Positions 9,929-19,060 are shown, counted from the stretch's first letter. The stretch: 44,689 nucleotides of DNA from Rickettsiales bacterium (GCA_019749855.1 JAIEPI010000115.1:1-44689); one strand, 5' to 3'. A program made the numbers and translations. Notes: generated by a model from the letters alone, not told the origin.

Positions 9929-10312
9929 TCAGTTTTCAGCCAGAGTCTTAATCAGTGCTGCAATCCGCTGACGCTGGCTAGAGGACTGAATGCGTCGGTA
10001 GTCCCGACAAAGCTCAAGCACTTGCCGATCCCCTATCGCCACATCGCCTTGCTCCTCATCACCATGAGCTGACAAATAAAGCTCACTGGCTTTGGACGGC
10101 AATCCTTCAAAAAAATGAGAGACAGAAACACCCAGATTTTGGCACAGCTGATACAGCTGTCCCGCACTGATACGATTGAGCCCTTTTTCATACTTCTGTA
10201 CCTGTTGGAAAGAAAACCCCATTATTTTCCCTACATCCTTTTGAGTCAGGCCTCGTTGCAGGCGCATCTGACGCATTTTCTCCCCGATGGACAAGTCAAG
10301 ATAGTCAGTCAC
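9929..10312 (-). CDS. XRE-family HTH transcriptional regulator
   Basis: LTQKDVGKIMGFSFQQVQKYEKGLNRISAGQLYQLCQNLGVSVSHFF is a Cro/C1-type HTH. It is a paralog of the 15946-16317 gene. Confidence 0.8.
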   Translation of the reverse strand: MTDYLDLSIGEKMRQMRLQRGLTQKDVGKIMGFSFQQVQKYEKGLNRISAGQLYQLCQNLGVSVSHFFEGLPSKASELYLSAHGDEEQGDVAIGDRQVLELCRDYRRIQSSSQRQRIAALIKTLAEN

Positions 10313-10503
10313 AAAGTTCTCTTAATGGTTGCAAGGCTTTAGTTTAATTCTAAGTAAAGCAAAAACTTAAATTACGGTCAAGGAACAATCTAAAGACAAT
10401 CCCATTCACTTATAAATTGAGTTATTCACCTTAGAGCAGGCCTTATCTTGTCACTTCCGTGGCAGGGCTTCAAGTTAAGCCCAACCGTCATTCAGGAGGC
10501 TTT

Positions 10504-11145
10504 ATGTCACTTTCCCTGCTTTCTACTCCCCGTCATGCGCCGACTTTGAGTGAATTTCGTATTGCTGAGCCGGAAGAAGTCATCATTGAGCCTACCAACC
10601 GCATGGAATACCTGCATCAGTATTTTTTCATCCGTGAATACATCTACAGCCGTGATCTTGGGCTGGAAAATTTTTCCGGAGCTGAGGATGCCATTGATCA
10701 GTACAGCCATTTCATTGTCGCCCGTAAGGGAGAATTCTGTTTTGGCGGGGCACGCTTGACCATTTCGTATGCGGACACACCAAGTATTTTACCTCTCGAG
10801 CACGATGAATTCCGCATTTCCAAACTATTTCCTAGACTCGCTGGAGTGACCTATTGCGAACTTGGTCGCACCGCCTTATTGCCAGCTTATCGCAGTGGTG
10901 AGCACCTAAATGCCATTTTTGCCGCAGCTATTGATTTGGCGATCAACGAGGGATGCAAAGTTTTCCTAGGCGCTTCCCCACGCGTCGTAGCACGGCGTTT
11001 TTGCACTGCCTTTCGTCAGCATGGTTATCCCGCCATGGTGCATCCCACTTTGGCTGTTCCCAAGCAAGCCGTGCATGAAGGTATCGATCTTAGTTTTCTG
11101 ATAGGTAGCCTCGATCCTTCCTGCGATCTCCAGCAGTTTCTTTGA
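10504..11145 (+). CDS. GNAT-fold N-acyltransferase, LuxI/FeeM/OlsB-like (putative N-acyl amino acid or autoinducer-type synthase)
   Basis: The ATG at 10504 is preceded by AGGAGG. The pattern FIREYIYSRDLG...EDAIDQYSHFIVARKG..FGGARL resembles the acyl-transferring GNAT subfamily. This is a tentative family call. Confidence 0.45.
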   Translation: MSLSLLSTPRHAPTLSEFRIAEPEEVIIEPTNRMEYLHQYFFIREYIYSRDLGLENFSGAEDAIDQYSHFIVARKGEFCFGGARLTISYADTPSILPLEHDEFRISKLFPRLAGVTYCELGRTALLPAYRSGEHLNAIFAAAIDLAINEGCKVFLGASPRVVARRFCTAFRQHGYPAMVHPTLAVPKQAVHEGIDLSFLIGSLDPSCDLQQFL

Positions 11146-11176
11146 TTCACCCCCCACCTTGTTAAGGAGAATTGTT

Positions 11177-11812
11177 ATGCTTACCGCCTCACATTCACGC
11201 CCCGTGACAGATGATGTCATGGCCCTGCTAGATCTCTTTCCTAAAAAAGCCGCTGATGCCTTGCGTGAGCCTTTTCGCGCTATTGATTTGGTGCAATACC
11301 AGAACTTCCTGAAAATGATGTATTATTATACGTTGGACAGTGAAAACAAGCTGCAGTTCGCTGCTGACCGTAGTGATACCGAGGAACTACGTGACTATTA
11401 TCTTCAAATGAAAAAAGAAGAAACGCGTCATTACCTCCTGGCACAGGCAGATTACGAAGCTTTTGGTGGAACAATTGATACAAACTTTAAACCAGATGTC
11501 GTACAGGCGTTTGATGACTTCTGGTACAGTTTGGGACAGTCGGACGCGGCCGAATTTGCCGCAGCCTTGTATGTGTTTGAATCCATCGCCTCTCTGTTGC
11601 GTGAGGACATCAAAGAAACCTTGCTGCGCCTCGGTGTCATCGGCAAGCAGTCACGCTGGCTTCGGGTGCATGTGCAGGCTGATGAGGAGCACGGTGCCGA
11701 AGCGCGAGAAATTTGCGCTACTTACAACTCACGTCATCCACAGGCAATGCTGGCTGCTGCTCAGGGTGCTGTGGATAAATGGGTCGCTGTCTTTCAAGAC
11801 TCTATTGCCTAA
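11177..11812 (+). CDS. heme-oxygenase-like fold / iron-containing redox enzyme family protein (putative diiron oxidase)
   Basis: The ATG at 11177 follows AAGGAG. The protein is all-helical, with two ExxH-type motifs (EETRH, DEEHG) and additional conserved Glu residues (VFESIA). Tentative. Confidence 0.4.
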   Translation: MLTASHSRPVTDDVMALLDLFPKKAADALREPFRAIDLVQYQNFLKMMYYYTLDSENKLQFAADRSDTEELRDYYLQMKKEETRHYLLAQADYEAFGGTIDTNFKPDVVQAFDDFWYSLGQSDAAEFAAALYVFESIASLLREDIKETLLRLGVIGKQSRWLRVHVQADEEHGAEAREICATYNSRHPQAMLAAAQGAVDKWVAVFQDSIA

Positions 11813-11889
11813 AATGAAACAGCTTTAATATTGTCGGTTGCATAAATATGGGATAAATCTCTCCACATCTGCAACCGACAATAAGCATA

Positions 11890-13839
11890 ATGCGAAAGCT
11901 ATTCTACTTCCATCTCTTGGTTTTCCCTAGCCTTGCGCTCGGTAATGACCTTCCCACGTCAGACTTTCTGTCGTTACGGGAGCTATCTAATGTTAAGGTC
12001 TACACGGCGTCTCGTCAGTCTGAGGACCCCATGGCCTCGCCTTCTTCGGTCTATGTGATTACTGACGAGGATTTGCGCCAGATGGGTGTGACACACCTGG
12101 CCGATGCTTTGCGTACAGTTCCAGGTCTGCACGTTGCTAAAGCAAGCAACAACCAATGGGTTGTTAGCGCGCGCGGCTTTAGCGAGCAATTCTCGAATAA
12201 GCTTCTGGTTCTGATGGACGGCATGCCCGTTTATTCCACGATTTATTCCGGCGTGTTATGGGACCAGCAGGATCTGGTGCTGGAAGACATCAAACAAATT
12301 GAAATCATTCGTGGCCCCGGGGCTACTTTATGGGGCGTAAATGCCGTTAACGGTGTCATTAATATCGTCACCAAAAATGCTGAGGAAACACAGGGCACTT
12401 ATGTCAAAGCCACCACTGGTTCGCATTACCCCGCGATCATCGAGGCGCGGCACGGGCAGAAGTTAAAAGCGGGTGGGTATGGGCGCACCTATGCCAAGCT
12501 GCGCCGTGAGGAGAGCATCCCAGGCGGTGCCACACATGCTGGCGATCACGGATGGACCCAAGGCGTCGGAGGCTTCCGTTATGATCAGGAGTTCAGCTTT
12601 AATAACAAAATGATTTTACAAGGCCGCGGCTATCAGGCGAAAGAACGCTCCGATTATCGGTTTCCCACTTTGCAGGCACCGTTTGTAAGTGAGCAGACAC
12701 GAGAGGAGCGCTCGCGCGGATTCTCTCTACAGGGCAAATGGCAATACGGTGTAAGTGAGGTCTCCGATCTTCAACTACATGGTTATGTGGATTATTTTCA
12801 CCGTGACTATGCTGGTGCAAAATTTGACGTGACCACCGCGAGTTTAGAGACACAACAAGATTGGCAAATCAATGAGCGTAACAACCTAATCTGGGGAGGC
12901 GGCTACACTGGTGTGCATGATACTATTGCCGGAACAGACTGGCTTTACTATAGCCCAGAGTCACGTAATACCCAGTTCGTGAATGTGTTTACTCAGGAGA
13001 CAATGCAGTTACTTCCCGAAGTTCTGGCTCTGACTCTGGGTGCGAAGGTTGAGAGTAGTACCTACACAGATCTGGAGATTCAGCCCAGTGCCAAGCTCGC
13101 CTACCGTGTCCATAAAAACGATACACTCTGGGCATCTGTCTCGCGCGCTGTACGCAGCCCAAGCCGCGGATCATTTGACGTGCGGGTCAATCTGCGCGGT
13201 ACTCCTCGGGGCTATATCACTCAGGTGGGCGACAGGCAGTTTCAGTCAGAAGTCATGACCGCTTACGAGGTGGGATACAAAGCCAATCTGACTCCCCGCC
13301 TCTATAGCGATATTACAGCCTTTCATCAAACATATGAGGATTTACGTACCTTTTCTCCAGACGCTCCGTTTGGCAACATCGCCCTCCCCCTGAGGGTGGG
13401 TAATGGAGGCACAGCAACGAGCCAGGGGATTGAGATTGCCACGGATTATACGGTGAATGACCGGATGCGCCTTTGGGCAGGTTATTCGCTTTTGCAGCTT
13501 GATTTTAATCTGGCTAACAATGTGGTTGATCCAACATTTCTTAATGACGAAAGACGCTCTCCGCAGCAACAGGCCTCGCTACGTCTTAGCTATCGTTTGA
13601 CTCCGGATGTCTCCCTCAACAGCTCGCTTTACTTTGTCGATGCATTGCCGGCGAATCAGATCCCCGGCTATACCAAACTTGACAGTAATGTTCGCTGGCA
13701 ACTCGCCGATGGCATTACCGCTATCCTTGCTGGTGAAAACCTGCTCGACGATCGCCATCCGGAATTCAGCGCACCACTTTACAGTTATTCCAGTGAAATT
13801 CCCATGAATGTTTATGCCTCTGTTGAGCTTAGATTTTAA
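11890..13839 (+). CDS. TonB-dependent outer-membrane receptor
   Basis: Signal peptide, plug-domain motifs (SVYVITDEDLRQMG, ALRTVPGLHV, MDGMPVY, IEIIRGPG) and the terminal aromatic residue ...VELRF. Confidence 0.9.
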   Translation: MRKLFYFHLLVFPSLALGNDLPTSDFLSLRELSNVKVYTASRQSEDPMASPSSVYVITDEDLRQMGVTHLADALRTVPGLHVAKASNNQWVVSARGFSEQFSNKLLVLMDGMPVYSTIYSGVLWDQQDLVLEDIKQIEIIRGPGATLWGVNAVNGVINIVTKNAEETQGTYVKATTGSHYPAIIEARHGQKLKAGGYGRTYAKLRREESIPGGATHAGDHGWTQGVGGFRYDQEFSFNNKMILQGRGYQAKERSDYRFPTLQAPFVSEQTREERSRGFSLQGKWQYGVSEVSDLQLHGYVDYFHRDYAGAKFDVTTASLETQQDWQINERNNLIWGGGYTGVHDTIAGTDWLYYSPESRNTQFVNVFTQETMQLLPEVLALTLGAKVESSTYTDLEIQPSAKLAYRVHKNDTLWASVSRAVRSPSRGSFDVRVNLRGTPRGYITQVGDRQFQSEVMTAYEVGYKANLTPRLYSDITAFHQTYEDLRTFSPDAPFGNIALPLRVGNGGTATSQGIEIATDYTVNDRMRLWAGYSLLQLDFNLANNVVDPTFLNDERRSPQQQASLRLSYRLTPDVSLNSSLYFVDALPANQIPGYTKLDSNVRWQLADGITAILAGENLLDDRHPEFSAPLYSYSSEIPMNVYASVELRF

Positions 13840-14372
13840 TGAAATGGCGATGGTTAATAATCATTCTGCTTGGCAGTTTGATAAAGCTTCCCTATGCAGC
13901 CGCAGACCCATTGAAATTTACCTCGAGTAAGGAGCGTCAATTGATTATCAAAGCTAGCTATCTATATAATCTGACGCACTATGTTCGATGGCCAGAACCC
14001 CTCAAGCCTCGTCTGGAAGTTTGCCTACCGCAGCATGCCGCCCTTCAGCCATTTATGACTGGCTTGCAGAGGAAGAAGGTTAATGAGGCGACATTTTCCA
14101 TTCGCACCACTGCCTTTACTCGCCAAGATCTCATGGCGTGTGACCTAATCTATTTTGATGCCACCTCGCCCCTGCGTGTGCTAAATCCCCTCTCAGAGCG
14201 ACCTGTACTTACCGTTGGGGAGGGCTCGGATTTTCTGGCCTTGGGCGGCATGCTTTCTTTTCAGGAAACCAACGGACGGATTGCCCTCAGCATCAACCTT
14301 CAGGCCACACGCAAAGCTGGACTGGAGGTCAGTCCCAGTTTACTGGAAATTGCATATAGGGTGATTCAATGA
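13839..14372 (+). CDS. YfiR-like (DUF4154) periplasmic protein
   Basis: Signal peptide plus the KASYLYNLTHYVRWP motif. TAATG overlap with the receptor stop and ATGA overlap with the next gene. Confidence 0.7.
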   Translation: MKWRWLIIILLGSLIKLPYAAADPLKFTSSKERQLIIKASYLYNLTHYVRWPEPLKPRLEVCLPQHAALQPFMTGLQRKKVNEATFSIRTTAFTRQDLMACDLIYFDATSPLRVLNPLSERPVLTVGEGSDFLALGGMLSFQETNGRIALSINLQATRKAGLEVSPSLLEIAYRVIQ

Positions 14373-15931
14373 AGTTTCTTGAAACATGCTCTTTCCGCGC
14401 TCATATTCGTCTGGCATTACTGCTGGCCAGTGCTGCCACTGTCGGCTTAACGGCAATCGGTCTGATTGGGATGGGGGCACAAACCCTGCTCAAAGACACC
14501 CAAGACGAACTGGCAATGAGCGCCAAACTCTTGGGAGATCGCTCTGCTGCGGCCCTTGCTTTTGACAATAAAAACTTTGCCACCACCACGCTGGAGGTTC
14601 TTCTCCAGAATCCTGCCGTAGAGGTTGCCTGCCTGTTTGATGCTCAAGGCAAGCTCTTTACAAATTACCTAAAGCCCGAGATCAAGGATCACTCAGCGGG
14701 ATGCCAGCCCTGGCGCACGGAGGCTCTCAAGCAGCAAACGTCCAGCCGCTATGAAGGCGGGCGTATAATCGTCTCCCAGCTGATTTTTATGAACGAAGAA
14801 GGTGTTAGTGTGGATATGGTGGGCACCCTGATTATCGTCGCCAGCCCGATTCGCCTGCAGAGCTTTATTTACCAGCAAACCATCACAGGGTTAATGGTCG
14901 TGGCCGTTGCCATGCTTTTGGCATGGCTGCTCTCCTTAGCTTTAGAAAAGCGGATATCCCATCCCGTGATGCAATTGGTCGAGGTGGCGCAGCGTATTCA
15001 TGAGCGCAAGGATTACTGCTTGCAAAGCGAGCCACTGCTGAAAAATGAGCTGGGTATTCTACTGGTCGCCTTTAAGGATTTGCTACGAGAGCGTGATGCC
15101 GCCCATGCCCACCTGCTGGAGCGCAGCATGGAGGTAGAGCATGTCTACCGCCTAAGCAAAAGTCGCCTGAAAGAGGCTAAACGAGCCTTCGACAAGCCCC
15201 TACATTCCCTGCGTGGTTGCTATGCTATATTTCAGGGCAGGGTCATGGGACATACTTTGCATGATGGCTATTTGCAGTTTCTCGATGATGTGCAAAATGA
15301 CATGGAAACCCATGACATGATGCTGGAATCTGCTTTAACACTCACCGAACTCTACGAAACTGCTTTGAAGCACAATAAAGCTTCCTTGTCGCTTGTGACG
15401 GTTTTGCAAACCTGTTTCAAAAAAGTGCCTCCCGCCCAGCTGCAATTACAGCTTCCACCCCAAGTGGTCAGTCAGGATCCCCGTCTCCTTGTCTACAGTG
15501 CCACGTTTGAGAAGATGCTGGAAATGTTTGTTGGCTATTATCAGCTGTGCCGCGAACAACAACCCTTACCGCTTTTTTTGGAAGCCGAGATCTTACAGAC
15601 TCCCTCACGTCTTTGCCTGCGTCTGCTGATTCGTGTACAGTCGAAAAGTCCACGCAGTGACAATTTGGAGCAGCTGATCCGGCAGGTCAAAAAAGGTGAT
15701 CTAGATTTTTCTGCAGCCGGGAATGATCCTTATGAACCCCAACAGGGAAATCTTATTTTGGAACAGATGGGTTCGGAGGCAGAAGAATATAAATTCCTGA
15801 TCGACAGCATGTCATATCTGGGCGCCTCCAATAAGATCATTGTGTCCTCTGATGTGCAGCTTTGTGCGCTGGAAGCGACTCTGGATTTAAGCTCCTGCCT
15901 ACAAAGGAACGATCAGCTTGTAAAACTGTAA
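14369..15931 (+). CDS. membrane sensor with HAMP domain and degenerate histidine-kinase-like C-terminus
   Basis: Two TM segments flank a periplasmic/extracytoplasmic region, followed by a HAMP-like segment after TM2 and an H-box-like PLHSLRG. No clear N/G1/G2 ATPase boxes were seen. Confidence 0.55.
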   Translation: MKFLETCSFRAHIRLALLLASAATVGLTAIGLIGMGAQTLLKDTQDELAMSAKLLGDRSAAALAFDNKNFATTTLEVLLQNPAVEVACLFDAQGKLFTNYLKPEIKDHSAGCQPWRTEALKQQTSSRYEGGRIIVSQLIFMNEEGVSVDMVGTLIIVASPIRLQSFIYQQTITGLMVVAVAMLLAWLLSLALEKRISHPVMQLVEVAQRIHERKDYCLQSEPLLKNELGILLVAFKDLLRERDAAHAHLLERSMEVEHVYRLSKSRLKEAKRAFDKPLHSLRGCYAIFQGRVMGHTLHDGYLQFLDDVQNDMETHDMMLESALTLTELYETALKHNKASLSLVTVLQTCFKKVPPAQLQLQLPPQVVSQDPRLLVYSATFEKMLEMFVGYYQLCREQQPLPLFLEAEILQTPSRLCLRLLIRVQSKSPRSDNLEQLIRQVKKGDLDFSAAGNDPYEPQQGNLILEQMGSEAEEYKFLIDSMSYLGASNKIIVSSDVQLCALEATLDLSSCLQRNDQLVKL

Positions 15932-15945
15932 CACGGGAGGATAGC

Positions 15946-16317
15946 ATGACGGGACGCGAAGTTATTGAAGTGGACAGCATCATTGGGCGCAACATTGAGC
16001 GCCGCAGACGGCAACTGTCTATGACCCAGCAGGCAGTTGGCAAGAAACTTGGGGTCACACATCAACAGATTTACCGTTATGAAACCGGACAAAGTCGAAT
16101 CCCCAGTGACAAAATCTATCTCTTGGCACAAGCGCTGCGTATGCCAGTGAGTGATCTATTCGCTGGACTGGAACATACAGGCCCCAAGGGTGTCTCCAGA
16201 ACGTCCTGCGATACGGAACACCTGACCCAGAGCCTTCTTCATTCCTACAGCAGTATAAAGGACCGCTCTTTGCAATCTTGCCTGGTGCAACTGACCGGCA
16301 TGATTGCGCGGATGTAG
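15946..16317 (+). CDS. XRE-family HTH transcriptional regulator
   Basis: The ATG at 15946 follows GGGAGG. MTQQAVGKKLGVTHQQIYRYETGQSRIPSDKIYLLAQALRMPVSDLF. Confidence 0.8.
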   Translation: MTGREVIEVDSIIGRNIERRRRQLSMTQQAVGKKLGVTHQQIYRYETGQSRIPSDKIYLLAQALRMPVSDLFAGLEHTGPKGVSRTSCDTEHLTQSLLHSYSSIKDRSLQSCLVQLTGMIARM

Positions 16318-16952
16318 AATTCACTGCCCATTAACAAATATGCCCAATGTAATGCCGTCACCAGCAGGCCGAGCTGTACGCAAAGGCCGGTAGTTTTACT
16401 TTCTTTTGATGCCACTTCATCGACCTCAATTGCGAGCGAAAGAGCTCGTTCAATTTCGTCTTTTAAATCATTGCCTGCAACTATATTGAATTTCTTCAAA
16501 TTTAATTGATGCCCAACCAAAAGATTGGTGCATTGTGAAAAAGTCCAATACCGCTTACGCAAGCAACTAGCGTAATCTCGGTCTATCCAGCCACAATCTT
16601 CGGTTTTCAGCTCTTCCTTATGTTTGCAAACGTAATCAATAAATGAATCTGACAGCCAGTAATTTAACTTGCCGTCATATGCCCATTGAGCAACCGATTT
16701 TGGATGCAAATATTGATTATTCGATCCATCCTCTGGCCGTTGAGCCTCCATTATCAAGATATTTTCAAGGTAAGAGACGTTTTCAGTCCACCGGTCAAAT
16801 CTCAATTCGTATTTCCAAGGTGATTCTTCATATAGCACTTCTAGGGTGACTCGCTCTTTAGGGTCTGTTCCAAGCAAAAGCATTGCGGCTTCCTTTTTAT
16901 GCCACAAACTCTTTTTGAACCACTTATCTAGGCACTCGGTGTAGTGCATCAC
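16245..16952 (-). CDS. hypothetical protein co-transcribed with integrase
   Basis: 235-aa ORF whose ATG overlaps the integrase stop (ATGA). Its 3' end overlaps the convergent XRE gene by 73 nt, so one of the two C-termini is uncertain. Confidence 0.45.
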   Translation of the reverse strand: MMHYTECLDKWFKKSLWHKKEAAMLLLGTDPKERVTLEVLYEESPWKYELRFDRWTENVSYLENILIMEAQRPEDGSNNQYLHPKSVAQWAYDGKLNYWLSDSFIDYVCKHKEELKTEDCGWIDRDYASCLRKRYWTFSQCTNLLVGHQLNLKKFNIVAGNDLKDEIERALSLAIEVDEVASKESKTTGLCVQLGLLVTALHWAYLLMGSEFYIRAIMPVSCTRQDCKERSFILL

Positions 16953-18019
16953 CCAAAAATCCTTTCATTCATCCGCGCTACCACTTGGCTTGTATGGGCC
17001 TCGGAAAGATGCGCGTAGCGTTTCACCATTTGCAGCGTTTTATGGCCCAGCACCTCGGCAATCTCGGCCAGTGATGCGCCATTCATGGCGAGGTAAGAGG
17101 CGGCAGAATGGCGAAGGTCATGGAAATGAAAATCTTCAATCTCCGCTTCCACCAGCGCGTTATCAAATGCCTTGCGGATGCTGGCAGGTTTGTTGCCTGC
17201 ACGGTTCGGGAATACCAGTTCCGTATCAGTTCGGCGGCTGTTCTCATGTATCCGCATGGTCTCCAACGCATGACCGGTCAGCGGCAAAACGCGTCGCTCG
17301 CCGTTTTTGGTTTCATGCAGGGTGATGACGCCGCGTCGAAAATCCACATCTGCCCATTTCAAGCCCAGGATCTCGCCAAGCCTCGCCCCTGTGGAAAGCG
17401 CCACCACCACCACGGTATAAAGATACGGGCTGCGCGTATTTTCACGGCAAATTTTTAGCAGTGCCACTCGTTCCGCATCCGAGAGAAAACGCACCCGCCC
17501 TCCTGCTTCACGGGGCCGTGACACTTTGCGAACTGGGTTATCCTCCAGCCAGCCCCATTCTTTGACAGCGATGGTGAACGCATGCGACAGGGCGGCAAGG
17601 TAACGATTGACGCTGGCTGGGCTTCGGCGTTTTGTTTCAGTTATCATCATGCGGCCAAGTTCATCGCGCTTCTCGGCAATGAGGGAGGGTGTCACATCGC
17701 AAAGGGTGTAGGCTCCGAGCTGGGCCTTCCACCAGTCCAGTTGCGCCCCCTGCTGTTCAGCAAAGCCCTTGCTACGGCTTTTGGCAGGCAGCACATCCCG
17801 CTTGTAGCGTTCTATCAGGTCAGCCAGCGTGTGCTTACGGGCTTGTGAGGTTTTGAAATAGCGGCCCTCACGAATGGCGGCTTCCGTTTGCTGTGCCCAG
17901 CGTTGCGCGTCCGTCTTGCGGGTAAAGCTGGCCGTTTGAGGTGGAGAACCCTTCAGCCTGACTTTAACGCGGAAGCTGGTTTCTCCGCTATCTGTCTTGC
18001 GTGTTTCAATCGTTGCCAT
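16949..18019 (-). CDS. int: tyrosine recombinase / phage-type integrase
   Basis: C-terminal catalytic region ...GARLGEIL...HDLRHSAASYLAMNGASLAEIAEVLGHKTLQMVKRYAHL (R..H.R..H/Y pattern). Confidence 0.9.
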   Translation of the reverse strand: MATIETRKTDSGETSFRVKVRLKGSPPQTASFTRKTDAQRWAQQTEAAIREGRYFKTSQARKHTLADLIERYKRDVLPAKSRSKGFAEQQGAQLDWWKAQLGAYTLCDVTPSLIAEKRDELGRMMITETKRRSPASVNRYLAALSHAFTIAVKEWGWLEDNPVRKVSRPREAGGRVRFLSDAERVALLKICRENTRSPYLYTVVVVALSTGARLGEILGLKWADVDFRRGVITLHETKNGERRVLPLTGHALETMRIHENSRRTDTELVFPNRAGNKPASIRKAFDNALVEAEIEDFHFHDLRHSAASYLAMNGASLAEIAEVLGHKTLQMVKRYAHLSEAHTSQVVARMNERIFG

Positions 18020-18150
18020 GCGCTGCCCCTGATAATGGAATAGACGCTACAACAAACAACCGCTATTGGCAACACATGATAGACAATCTTGTGCCTTCTT
18101 TATAAAGTTGATTCTTTTTCAAGTTATAAGCTTTCTGTGTCTGACTCCAT

Positions 18151-18286
18151 GGGACACTAAAGGGACAATCTCGGGACAGTAAAGGGACACTTCCCCACTT
18201 AAGTGACTTCTTTCGGTTAGCTGGAATTTACTGGGAAAAGCTGCAGGAAGTGATGGCCAAGTGTCCCGCCAGTGTCCCATGGACAA
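18151..18286. promoter_or_regulatory. cluster of GGGACA arm-type repeats between integrase and att core
   Basis: GGGACA occurs at 18151, 18162, 18173 and 18184 with 11-nt phasing. Inverted TGTCCC copies occur at 18262 and 18273. Confidence 0.55.
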
Positions 18287-18343
18287 AAAAATGGCCCCAA
18301 TTCTTAGTTGGGGCACTTTCTGAATTATTCATATATTTGAGAG

Positions 18344-18361
18344 TGGTGCCCCCGGTCGGAC
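18344..18361. repeat. att core copy (right end of island 1), identical to the tRNA-Leu 3' end
   Basis: tggtgcccccggtcggac is repeated exactly at 18515-18532. Confidence 0.7.
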
Positions 18362-18380
18362 GTACTCGCGGCGCGCATGC

Positions 18381-18412
18381 GCGCTTGCTGCGTTGCAAAC
18401 GCTAAATTCGCA
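18381..18412. repeat. 32-nt intergenic repeat, identical to 5511-5542
   Basis: gcgcttgctgcgttgcaaacgctaaattcgca is identical at both loci. Partial similarity continues about 40 nt further (..agcttatt..gtcgaacc). Confidence 0.8.
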
Positions 18413-18479
18413 CATCACTACGTTCATGCTCATTAAGCTTATTGTCGAACCTTCGGCTCTCGCTCGCCGCGGACAAATA

Positions 18480-18517
18480 CCATAGGATGAGGGGGCAAAT
18501 GCCCCCTCATCCTATGG
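18480..18517 (-). terminator. rho-independent terminator of the tRNA-Leu gene
   Basis: 16-18 bp perfect stem ccataggatgaggggg / ccccctcatcctatgg. On the minus strand it starts in the CCA end and is followed by TATTTGT. Confidence 0.6.
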
Positions 18518-18572
18518 TGCCCCCGGTCGGACTCGAACCGACACATCCTTACGGATACAAGATTTTGAGTCA
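18515..18572 (-). pseudogene. tRNA-Leu(CAA) 3' half (anticodon loop to CCA), 5' half missing
   Basis: The reverse complement reads CTCAAAA loop, TCTTG, long variable arm ATCC-GTAA-GGAT, T arm GTCGG-TTCGAGT-CCGAC, acceptor CGGGGGC-A-CCA. No D arm or 5' acceptor strand follows. Confidence 0.75.
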
Positions 18573-18692
18573 TATTTGAGGGCGTTACTACTGGTTGCTT
18601 TATATCCCCATATAACGCTATGAGGCAAGGATTTTCAAGTCATTCACGAAAGCGGTCATTACTATCGTTCCCTACCATTTAGCATGAATTCC

Positions 18693-18724
18693 TACCCACC
18701 GTGCCGACTATGTGCCGACCAGAA
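18693..18724. repeat. conserved element-end block with tandem GTGCCGAC sites
   Basis: tacccaccgtgccgactatgtgccgaccagaa matches 21086-21117 at 31 of 32 positions. It contains GTGCCGAC-TAT-GTGCCGAC. Confidence 0.7.
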
Positions 18725-19060
18725 AAATGGTATTTTCGGCAGATGCAAATAAGATTCTCAGTCATACGCGTCTACCAGCCGAAACTATAATAACGGAGAT
18801 AAAAACGTCTTCTTATTATAGTTTAAGTGTCAAAAGGTATAATAAGCCAGTGCATGAATCATGTAAAAGTGATGCGCGTGGTGCCTATGCCGTTATCACT
18901 TCCAAAGGCAAAAAACTCCGTCGCGCTATATAGCCGTTACCGAGATGCCGTACGCACGCATTTTTTATAATATGAATGAGAAAGAAATGGGTATTCTTAC
19001 AAAATTGCTGGAAAAAAATACGCAATGGGGCGGACATAATATGACCGCCCCATTGCCATA

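Larger units (their letters stand above)
9277..18361. mobile_element. integrase-bearing genomic island (island 1) bounded by 18-nt tRNA-3'-end repeats
   Basis: tggtgaccccggtcgaac (9277-9294) matches tggtgcccccggtcggac (18344-18361) at 16 of 18 positions. The integrase and arm-type repeats lie at the right end. The backbone intergenic repeat family is absent inside. Confidence 0.5.

Noticed and set aside
18119-18316. 65-aa minus-strand ORF between the integrase and the att core
   Set aside because: It is built almost entirely from the GGGACA/TGTCCC repeat cluster and has no RBS. The region is more plausibly an integrase arm-site region.
18515-18572. Intact tRNA-Leu genes at 18515 and 20909
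   Set aside because: Only the anticodon loop to CCA is present. The sequence on the 5' side cannot form the anticodon-stem partner, D arm or acceptor 5' strand.
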